In this document: positions 54,847-64,000 of the stretch, one piece after another
Layout: the number at the start of each line of letters is the position of its first letter
Position numbering within the stretch: the first letter of the stretch is position 1
From: Tubulanus polymorphus
Taxonomy: Eukaryota > Animalia > Nemertea
Assembly (NCBI RefSeq): GCF_964204645.1
Contig: NC_134028.1
Coordinates: forward strand, 9,858,001-9,922,000
DNA: 64,000 bases
Direction of reading: 5' to 3'
Made by a program: the position numbers and the translations under genes
The notes under the pieces: model-generated
Databases searched by the model: none
Told to the model about the DNA's origin: nothing
What the model saw: the letters and a program-made list of their open reading frames with translations, nothing else

Positions 54847-55904
54847 ATGACTGACCAACCGGAGATTATGACTGTTGGAGACGGGGTCGAGCTCGTATCG
54901 AAAACCCCGGAGAGTGGAGATGGTCCGGACCGCGACCACGACGACCAGTCCTAATCATCCTCGGACGAGGAAATCATGGAAACGGCCGTGGAGGATGATG
55001 ACGACGCGGACGACAGGGTTGATGGACCCCATATACAATTCCGACTACCGAGAATCGCTCGACGATCTCGACGATATAAACCTTCCACACCGGCGGCCAT
55101 GCCCGATCGTTACGACGGCAGAACGAGTTGGAATGAGTTTGAGGCGCATTTCGATTCTGTCGCGACACTCAACCGGTGGGACGAGGACGAGAAGGCCACA
55201 TACCTCGCAGTCAGCCTCAATGGCGATGCACAACAGGTTCTGAAAGAACTCTCGCGCGATGAAAGAGAGAATTTCCATCAACTGAGCGCCGCTTTGAAAC
55301 TTCGATTTTGACCCCAAGTCCGAGAAGAGCTGTACACCGCCGAACTTCGAGCCCGAACAAGGAAGTCCGGAGAGAGTCTACAGGAGATGGGTCACGAAAT
55401 TAAGCGACTGGTAGCTCTCGCGTACCCGGATACCGATAAGAACACAAGGGATGCGCTTGCTCGAGCACACTTCATGGATGCGTTAGAAGACGGAGAGATG
55501 AGGATGCGCTTATTTCAGGCGAGCCCGAGATCGCTGCCATTACGGCAGCCCTCGAAGTGGAGACTTTCCGGAGAATCGAATCGAGACGAGAGAAAGCACA
55601 ACTTACTGGGAGGAAAGCGGTTGCTGCCCGAGCGATATCGGTCGAGCCTCGAAACGACTCGACTTTAAAACTGATGAGCGACCAGATATCGAAATTAGCG
55701 GAAGCATTAAGCGCTATTAACACGAAACTCGACACAAAAGCCGATGACTCACCCACGGAAAAGTCTGGTAAAAACTCCGTATGGCACCGAACTAACGCGG
55801 CTTGCTTCAATTGCGGCCAGTCCGAACATTTTGCCCGACAATGCCGGCAACGTCCGGGAAACGCCAACGCTCCGGCGGTAGGGGCCACCCTCCGGAGACA
55901 CTAG
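54847..55904 (+). pseudogene. gag: Gypsy gag, disrupted
   Basis: YDGRTSW..F..HF..VA..N.W capsid motif and CCHC knuckle CFNCGQSEHFARQC. In-frame stops at 54952 and 55309 and a frameshift at ~55530. G GGA AAC slippery heptamer at 55856-62. Confidence 0.88.
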
Positions 55905-55997
55905 ACGAGATCACTAAGCCCCAAAATTCTGCGAAATATACTGAACTACAAACTCGAGAACCTGTCGACTGATAATGGGCTGTTCGCGGTCGCCGAT

Positions 55998-58900
55998 GTG
56001 GGGTCGGTCAAGATGACCCTGCTGGTAGATACTGGCGCTTGCCGAACCGTCATCTCCGACAAAGCGTTCAGTGCTATACCTCAGAAACAGCGACCCCGAG
56101 TGAAAGCCACGAACCTCCGATTGCTTTGTCCGGACGGGAGCAATATAACAGTAGAAGGGACGGCAACGATATCGCTAACTCTCGGACAAAATAAGATACG
56201 CATCGAGGCGGTAATCGCTAACGTAGGCGCTGACGGAATTTCGGGAATGGATTTTCTCAAGAGAACAGGGTCTTATCTCGATGTGGGAAATTCAATTATG
56301 TTTTGTGAGAATGAAGAGATTTGTCTTAACTCCAGGCGTTCTCTAGAACCGGAGTCTGAAATACTAGCCCGGACACTAGGAAGTGTCGAGATTTCAGCAC
56401 GACATCAGGTTACCATTCCTGTTTCATTGTCCGGCGACGAAGGCCTCAGTGGATTTGGTGTAATTGAAGGCACCTCTAGGTTTGAAAAAGGGGATCTGGT
56501 GGTGGCCAGAACGTTGGTAGATCGTAATGTGCACAACACGATTTGTCTTCGGGTGATAAATTTGGGCTACAACCCCATATGTCTACCTAAATCGAAAGTA
56601 CTTGGACGCCTGATCACCGTCTCGACTGTCAGAAACATCGAAGTCACCGAAGACCCGCCAACGCCCCTCGACGACAAGACCACACCAGATATCCCGGAAC
56701 ACCTTAGAGAACTTTTCGAATCTAGTATCGAACGGCTGAATACTGCAGACGCTCAGAAAGTTGCAAGTCTCCTCGCGAAACATTCTGATGCATTCTCCAA
56801 GAACGACGAAGACCTGGGAAGAACGGACCTAGTACGACATGAAGTCGATACCGGAACTCATGCCCCTGTCCGCCAGCCACCGCGATTACCTCCTCTCGGC
56901 AAGCGGAAAGAAACAGAGACGCTGGTGGCCGATATGGAACGAAGAGGTTTGATCGAGAGATCTCGATCTCCCTGGTCATCCCCAATAGTTCTCGTTACAA
57001 AGAAAGACGGCAGCTCTCGGTTTTGCGTCGACTATAGACGTTTGAACGAAGTAACGACAATCGAGAGCATTGCCATACCGAACATTAACAGATCTTTGGA
57101 GTCTCTCGGGGGAGCGACGTGGTTCAGCACACTCGATTTAAACTCTGGTTATTGGCAAGTGGCCCTAAGCGACGACGCAAAACAGAAGTCGGCCTTTACC
57201 ACGCAGAGTGGTCTGTGGCAATTCACGGTATTTCCGTTCGGGATGTCCGGAGCTCCCGGCACGTTTGAACGCTTAATGGAGATGGTATTAGCGGGACTGC
57301 AGTGGGAGATCTGTTTGATCTATTCAGATGACATTTTGATATGTAGCGACACCATAGAAGGCATGATTGAGCGACTTGATCTGGTCTTGGCGAAGCTCAA
57401 AGGCGCCGGTCTCAAGCTTAAACCCCGGAAATGTGGACTATTTCAGCTTTCAGCCACTTTCCTTGGACACGTGGTTAGTAGAGAGGGAATTCACACGGAT
57501 CCATCCAAGGTAGAGTGCATTCACAACTGGCTCGCACCGACTAACGTGAAGGAAGTTAGGAGTTTTCTTGGACTCGCCACGTATTACCGCCGATTCGTCC
57601 CAGGCTTCGCGAATATCGCCAGTCCTCTCCACAACCTAACAGCTAAGGATCAAAATTTCCTGTGGACCGAAGAGCACACAACAGCTTTCCAAACGTTAAA
57701 AGACAAACTGATGAGCGCGCCAATCCTGGCCTATCCAAACACTGACGACCTTTACGTCCTGGATTGTGACGCCAGTGCGTACGCAATCGGGGGCGTTCTA
57801 AGCCAAATACAGAACAAAGAAGAGAGACCTATCGCTTACGGCAGCCGAACCTTAAACAAGGCAGAAAGAAACTACTGTGTCACCCGCAGGGAGCTATTAG
57901 CCATAGTATATTTCACAAAGCATTTCCGACATTTCCTGCTCGGCCAAGAATTCTTGATTCGGATGGACCATAGTGCGCTCAGGTGGCTCATGAACCTGAA
58001 GGAACCGGAAGGCCAAATAGCTCGATGGCTGGAATCACTCATCTTTCCAGTTCCGCATTGAACATCGCAAGGGTTCCCTAACGGAAACGCCGACGCCCTT
58101 TCGCGTATTCCCTGTAAACAATGTGACAAAATAGGCGACATCCACGTCCTCAACGAAGCCAAGTGTGCCCAACAACCATCTCCATCGCAATCTGACGCGC
58201 AATCTGCCGACACTTCCGGTCGAACATCAGACGCGGACACCAATGCCAGCGAACCGTGGAGTCTAGCGGAGATTAAAAAAGGTCAATGGGAAGATGAAGA
58301 CCTCGGATGGCTCCTGGAACTGTTGCAGGATAATAAACCCAGACCTCCGTGGCAGGAAGTATCCCCGAAAAGCGCCGGCGCGAAACGATTCTGGTCGGAA
58401 TGGGAACTTCTCCGATTAGAAGATGGTGTGCTGTTCCGAGAGTGCCGCCCGGGGGAAGGGGGGTTTTCACAATTAATCATTCCCCCAAGCTCCGCAAGGA
58501 AGTTTTCGATTCGCTACACGCTGGAAGGGCTGGTGGACATCTAGGCATTGACAAAACCCTGTCAAAAATCCAACAGCGGTTCTATTGGCCCCGAATGCGG
58601 GAGGACGTAGACTTGTGGGTGAAACAGTGCGAGGTGTGCCCGCGGAAGAAGCCACCTCCAAGGAAATATCGGGCAGAACTTCAGTCCTACAATGTGGGAG
58701 CCCCGATGGAAAGGGTGGCTATAGATATAATGGGACCTCTACAAGAGACGACCGCTGGAAATAGCTATATCATTGTCGTCATGGATTATTTCACCAAATG
58801 GGTTGAGTGTTTTGGCCTAGCGAACATCGAGCCACTGACGGTAGCGGACAAGCTGGTCACTGAGTTCTTCAGTAGATTCGGAATACCAAGAGAACTACAC

Positions 58901-59692
58901 TCGGACCAGGGGTCGAATTTCCAATCATGTCTATTTCGAGAAGTGTGCATTCTCCTGGGGATCCGCCAAACCCGTTGCAGCCCTTATAGGCCTAAGAGTG
59001 ATGGAATGGTAGAATGATTTAACCGGAGTTTGAAAGCCATGCTGTCCCTAATGACTCAAGAGGATCCGTTTGATTGGGATCTACAGCTTCCGTACGCCGC
59101 CATGGCATATCGTTCCGCTCGACACCACACGACTGAAGCCTCCCCAAATTACCTCATGCTGTTAAGGGAAATCGACCTTCCGATCGACCTGGTCGTTGGC
59201 CTGCCTCCAAGGGACCGTTATCCGTCGGTGACAAACTATACAGCCAATAAGCGTCGTCGGATAGAGACAGCACATCAGAACGCTCGCAAAGCGTTATCAA
59301 AGAACACATTGCGTCAAAAGGCCCTCTATGACCAGAAACGACACGGGGATCCGTACAATTCCCAGGACCGAGTATGGCTTTACCAGCCCAAGCTTTCGGA
59401 CGGGATCCCCAGTCGCAAACTTCAACTGAACTGGACTGGACCTTTTACAGTGACAAAACGCCTTTCAGACGCACTATATGAGATTCAAGACCGACCTGGT
59501 CAACCGGCCAAGCTGGTGCACTTTGACCGTTTGAAACCGTACCTAGGCGTCCGTTATCAGGCCCTTCCTATCGCTACTACGGAGGAGGAGAGAACCGGCG
59601 ACCAGGAGCCCGAGGCAACCTGTAGTACACCGAGACGACAGGGTAGACGGGCTCACCCTAAAACCCGATGTGCTGAATTTCACTATATGTAG
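55998..59692 (+). pseudogene. pol: Gypsy pol (protease, RT, RNase H, integrase), disrupted
   Basis: LVDTGA; RFCVDYRRLN; YSDD (degenerate YLDD); DCDAS..ERNY..ELLA; HHCC, D-D-E and GPF integrase motifs. Frameshifts at ~58040-58070 and ~58480; stop at 59015. Confidence 0.95.
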
Positions 59693-59715
59693 ACGATACC
59701 AACCCGGGGACGACT

Positions 59716-60861
59716 ATGTTATATCATTACCATCCCATCATAATCGACACGAATCTTCTTTTGTCTTTTAGGTCTCTGCATAAATGTCGAGGTTGCCGCT
59801 ACGAATACAAGACCCGGGACAGCCTCAGAAGGCACGAGGAAGTGTGCGAATCGCTGACGCACGATGGCATCGTGTTCCGATGTGAAGAATGTGTCTCCAG
59901 ATTGATGGAGAAATGGGACAACCCGCCGGACGTCACTATCCAAGATCCGATTCCGAAGCGGAAGTCAATCGTCGGCGGTGTAGAGGAGAAAGAAAGACGA
60001 AAAGTAGTTGTACGTGATGACGAGGAGAAGAAAATAGAAAAAGAGGAGAAGCCGCAGGTGGAGGAGGTCGAGTCGTCCTCGGGAGCGTCAGAAGAGACGG
60101 AGATCGAAGAAGGCGAGGTGACGATTGCAGAAAAATTGGAAGGGAGAGCAGGAGACGAGGTGGTGAAATCAGCGGAGAAGACAGAGAAGGAAGTGAATGA
60201 AGAGAATGAGAAAGATACGAATGCGGAGATCAGCTTAATGGGAAATACTAACGGAAAGAAAAAGTTCGAACAGAGAAGAAGAGTGCTGGTAAAGCGAAGT
60301 TTGGAACTATCGAGATGTGCCCGCGAGAAAGACTCAGCCGAGGCCAAGGAAAAAGCGAAGGAGGCATTCAAGGCAGCCGCAGATTATAGAAGGAAGATTG
60401 ATGAAGAGGAGGAGGTAAAGAGAGGAAAGGAGAGGAAACGTTTGGAGGAGAAGAGGAAGTCGGAGTTGGCCCAGCTGGAGAAAAAGAGAGAGGAGGAGAA
60501 TGATATCACCCCATACTCACCCGAAGATCTGGGGGCGCAGTACCAGAATTGGTGGGGAAATTTGACACCGACGTATATACCAACCGCCATACCGAAAGCG
60601 AGCCTACCCGAGATCGCGCAGCCACCGGTTTTGGACTCGGACGAGCCACGTCCGGTGAAAGAGGCCCGACGCCTTCCAAGCTCGCGGCGGGTCTTAGCAC
60701 ATATCCATCCGACCATTCACCGTCGTCCAGCAACGTTCCGCGAAATTCCGGGAGTTCCAGCCAAGTGCCCGTTTTGTGTTAAGATGGCACGCGCCGCCGG
60801 AATAGTTTGGTCGCCGCCGGTCAGGAAGTCTAAGAAGATCGAAGAACGCTACGACCGCTAG
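59716..60861 (+). CDS. Gypsy accessory ORF3: N-terminal zinc finger, Glu/Lys/Arg-rich coiled coil, C-terminal CxxC; not env
   Basis: 381-codon open frame between integrase and PPT. CRGC-x12-H-x3-C; strong polypyrimidine/AG acceptor at 59771; no hydrophobic segments downstream of the acceptor. Confidence 0.65.
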   Translation: MLYHYHPIIIDTNLLLSFRSLHKCRGCRYEYKTRDSLRRHEEVCESLTHDGIVFRCEECVSRLMEKWDNPPDVTIQDPIPKRKSIVGGVEEKERRKVVVRDDEEKKIEKEEKPQVEEVESSSGASEETEIEEGEVTIAEKLEGRAGDEVVKSAEKTEKEVNEENEKDTNAEISLMGNTNGKKKFEQRRRVLVKRSLELSRCAREKDSAEAKEKAKEAFKAAADYRRKIDEEEEVKRGKERKRLEEKRKSELAQLEKKREEENDITPYSPEDLGAQYQNWWGNLTPTYIPTAIPKASLPEIAQPPVLDSDEPRPVKEARRLPSSRRVLAHIHPTIHRRPATFREIPGVPAKCPFCVKMARAAGIVWSPPVRKSKKIEERYDR

Positions 60862-60929
60862 AAGATCGAAGATCGCGAGAAGACCGAAGATTAAATTTCA
60901 CGCGGGGGCGCGTGAAAGCTGGGAGGGGG

Positions 60930-62254
60930 TGATAAAGTAAAAATTTCCGGAATCACCTTCCTCCCGGATTTCACCGCCCCACTATTCTATTATCTCTATC
61001 CTATGACTGTACGTTTATTAGATCGGAAACGACCGGTTCCGCTGTTTAACCCGTTTTGGTTGATGTTCCGGCAGCGGCTCCGTTATTTCCGGGTTTCCCG
61101 AATATTATTAACCCCTTTTTTTAATTGTATTGAAAATTATTCTATCATCCTTGTCGCGCGCGTAGGGTTCGAATCCCTTTTAACTCCATACTTATAATTC
61201 TTATATGTCTATTTATTCTTATATTTGTATCGTGTACGTTACCTTTTAGTAGGTGATGTTTATTTATCTCCGATCGCGTGTCCGCGGTGACCTTTTTTAG
61301 CCGGCGTGCGGTTGCCCGGTCCCGCTCTCATTGTAGCTGGAATCAAGCCAACTGTGAAATCATGTGACACGCGCGGCCAATCACGCGTGTCCGGACTTGT
61401 GTTCTAGCCAATGAGAGTGAGTCCCGGACAACCGCGGGCTATTTAAGGCGCGCAGTGCGTGAGTTCGGGGAGAAAGCCCTTGCGCTCGTCCGCAGAACTT
61501 TAAAGGTCGCTCTCTGCAGTACTATTATAACCGCTCTAAACACGACTCCAAGAATTTAAAGATGTAAGAACTTAATCGTTTTGCCGGGTGTCCGTGCCCG
61601 GACAGTCGTTCCTTGTTCCGGACACTAAGTCTAATTGTATATTTGTCGTCGTCCTCGCGGGAAGCCGATTGTCCGTGCGGGCGTGACCCCGGACAATCGG
61701 TACTGTAAATATATTTATCCGGACAACAGAAAATCGTAGGTTCCGGACATCTCATTAATTATTGTATATTGGTCGTCGTCCTCGCGGGAAGCCGATTGTT
61801 CGTGCGGGCGTGTCCCCGGACAATCGGTACTGTAAATATGTTTATCCGGACAACAGAAAATCGTAGGTTCCGGACATCTCATTAATTATTGTATATTGGT
61901 CGTCGTCCTCGCGGGAAGCCGATTGTTCGTGCGGGCGTGTCCCCGGACAATCGGTACTGTAAATATGTTTATCCGGACAACAGAAAATCGTAGGTTCCGG
62001 ACATCTCATTAATTATTGTATATTTGTCGTCGTCCTCGCGGGAAGCCGATTGTCCGTGCGGGCGTGTCCCCGGACAATGGGTACTGTAAATATATTTATC
62101 CGGACAACAGAAAATCGTAGGTTCCGGACATCTCATTAATTATTGTATATTTGTCGTCGTCCCCGTGGAAGCCGATTGTCCGCGCGGGCGTGTCCCCGGA
62201 CAATCGGTACTGTAAATATGTTTATCCGGACAACAGAAAATCGTAGGTTCCGGA
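60930..62254 (+). repeat. Gypsy 3' LTR (truncated) with about five 120-bp tandem units (61633-62254)
   Basis: TG start after the PPT; near identity to the 5' LTR pieces; unit ...GTCGTCGTCCTCGCGGGAAGCCGATTG...CCGGACAACAGAAAATCGTAGGTTCCGGAC. Confidence 0.9.
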
Positions 62255-62887
62255 CTGTGAGATTTACGGGCCCAAACCCGGAGCTGTGATAGACTGCTTC
62301 ACGAATACAGAACCTAACGCTGGGAATTCTATACTACCACTGACTTTATTGTTCTCATGAAAATGTTACAGTGCTAAAGATCGACAAGGGTCGCTTCAAC
62401 TGGGTCGACTTAAGGTCGACTGTCTCTGACACTCCCCGCGGCCAATGTAAAATCTTTGATTTGCAATTTATGATTTTTAAATATATCTTGATGCGTTGTG
62501 CAGACATCTTCTTCCCTCTCCATCGTGATAAACTATGGCTACTAGCTTTCCATTCGAGGAACCGTCGAGGTATCCCCGTTATATTGCAGAGACGGCATGT
62601 CAATGCTTAACGGCAACTAAACTACGTGATCTACATCTGCCACCAATGATCGTAACCCCGATCGGGGAAGCTTGAGGTTGCTCACGACCGCTCAACTTCG
62701 TGACCCCAGACTATGGTTCAGGGAAAAGGACGTCTTACTGCCCTTTTCTTAAGCTCGGTCCCCGAAGGAACTGGTCTTAAGCCATAACCCTTTGTGGATT
62801 CGAACATCATTAGTCTTCATCGTCGGAATCCCGGGCTTGAATCTGGTTTCGAATTTTTTCCCGCGCTTTTTCTGCAGCTCGGCGTGG

Positions 62888-63979
62888 TTATTTCTTCGGC
62901 CTGGTGCCAGCTTCCGTGTCCCGCGCTTTTCCTATCGCATCGTTTGGCTCGTCGAGTTTGACTCCGATTGGGGCCAATTTGGCAATTGGCCGCCTGGTGA
63001 CTCCATTTTTTGTTCTTACGGTTGCCGATCGGACGAAACCATCACTGCCGATATGCGCTTGTGTGATGATACCTAGTTTCCACTTTCTCCTAGGCTCATT
63101 TTTGTCGTTGATAAGTACGACGTCTCCGTTGTTGACTCGTGTGGGTTTTTTGTGTTTACCCCTCTCATACGCGTGCTGTTGACGTAGTGTGGCTAAGTAT
63201 TCATCCTGAAATCTTCGCTTGAAATTCTCGAGTATTCTGGCTCTCCTGTCAGCTACGGTTTTTAACTGATTGTCTGAAAGTGTGTAGTCCTGATCGTCGT
63301 CGCTGTCAATTGATTCGTTTGGTATAATCTGCAAATCTCGACCATAAATTAGCTTGTTCGGTGAAATGGGTTCAAGATCGTGTATGTCCTCGTTGATATA
63401 AGTCATGGGTCGGTTATTGACTTCACACTGTATCTCTTTGAGTAGGGTTTGAAACTCTTCTTCGGTGACCATGGTTTTCCCGAGCACTTTTTTCATCGCT
63501 GACTTGACGGTGCCAATGCACCGTTCGTGTACCCCCGCCATCCAAGGTGCTTGCGCCGGAGGGTAGATAAATTTGATGAGTCTCTCTGTGTATAATTTCT
63601 GTGCCTTTGTGTCACAGGCGATAGTAAGTAATCGTTTTATTTCCGCTTCCCCACTGATAAACGTTTTGGCGTTGTCGGTGTACAGTATTCGTGGGGTCGA
63701 TTGCGCAGCGCAAAAACGTCTGAACGCTCGCAAATACGACTCCACCGACATGTCTTTTACCACCTCCAGGTGTATCGCCCGTGTGGCACAACAGCAAAAT
63801 AACGCGATGTATCTCTTCACATAAGTTACACCAGTAGACACTGTTACGTGGCCTGTGAAGTCTATTGCCGTCGCGTTGAATGGCGTGTCATAATTCAATC
63901 GAAATCCGGGCAGTGGTGGAGTTTCTGGGGGTTGGTAGTTTCTCCCTTGTATTCTTTCGCAGGTGACGCATTGTTGCAA
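62888..63979 (-). CDS. BEL/Pao LTR retrotransposon polyprotein C-terminus (integrase plus DUF5641-type tail); continues beyond the window
   Basis: CxxC, IDFTG, FCCCATRAIHLEVV, TDNAKTF, APWMAGVHER, VNNRP, W.LG.I..GSDG.VR..RPIAKL: motifs typical of BEL/Pao integrase. Confidence 0.93.
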   Translation of the reverse strand: MQQCVTCERIQGRNYQPPETPPLPGFRLNYDTPFNATAIDFTGHVTVSTGVTYVKRYIALFCCCATRAIHLEVVKDMSVESYLRAFRRFCAAQSTPRILYTDNAKTFISGEAEIKRLLTIACDTKAQKLYTERLIKFIYPPAQAPWMAGVHERCIGTVKSAMKKVLGKTMVTEEEFQTLLKEIQCEVNNRPMTYINEDIHDLEPISPNKLIYGRDLQIIPNESIDSDDDQDYTLSDNQLKTVADRRARILENFKRRFQDEYLATLRQQHAYERGKHKKPTRVNNGDVVLINDKNEPRRKWKLGIITQAHIGSDGFVRSATVRTKNGVTRRPIAKLAPIGVKLDEPNDAIGKARDTEAGTRPKK

Positions 63980-64000
63980 TAGTTTTTTGACGCGTGATCT

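Larger units (their letters stand above)
41573..62254 (+). mobile_element. Ty3/Gypsy LTR retrotransposon, decayed, with an interrupted 5' LTR and a truncated 3' LTR
   Basis: 5' LTR = 41573-41672 + 53386-54628 (ends TTACA). Then PBS, gag, PR-RT-RH-IN order, PPT GGGAGGGGG at 60921-29, and a 3' LTR from TG at 60930 matching the 5' LTR. Confidence 0.92.

Noticed and set aside
59799-60716. Antisense Ser/Phe-rich ORFs
   Set aside because: Shadows of the purine-rich ORF3.
59716-60861. ORF3 as a retroviral envelope
   Set aside because: No credible signal peptide or transmembrane segment; highly charged.
61633-62254. CRISPR or retron-like repeat array beside a reverse transcriptase
   Set aside because: Full-length 120-bp tandem units inside an LTR; the RT is an ordinary Gypsy pol.

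Overview
AT-rich, repeat-dense, intron-containing animal genomic DNA; the repeat families resemble those of marine invertebrates, but the species cannot be fixed from sequence. Left part (1-41 kb): a decayed RTE/RTEX-like LINE, a complete 3-exon ALKBH5 (RNA m6A demethylase) gene and a 7-coding-exon leucine-rich-repeat gene, both on the minus strand. Their introns are packed with MITEs and Helentron/HINE-like elements. Right part (41.2-64 kb): one nested transposon stack that can be read from target-site duplications (TSDs). A decayed Gypsy element (tRNA-Leu PBS, gag, pol, and an intact non-env zinc-finger ORF3) has a Mutator/MULE with a SWIM/C2H2/PHD transposase remnant in its 5' LTR (9-bp TSD). 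A sister solo LTR sits inside that MULE's TIR, and a second, inverted copy of the same MULE sits inside the solo LTR (9-bp TSD). The inner MULE carries, in place of the transposase, ~2.3 kb of intron-containing DNA (Pack-MULE-like). The two MULEs together form a ~2-kb-arm inverted repeat. A BEL/Pao integrase runs off the right edge. All calls come from reading the sequence; no database searches were run.
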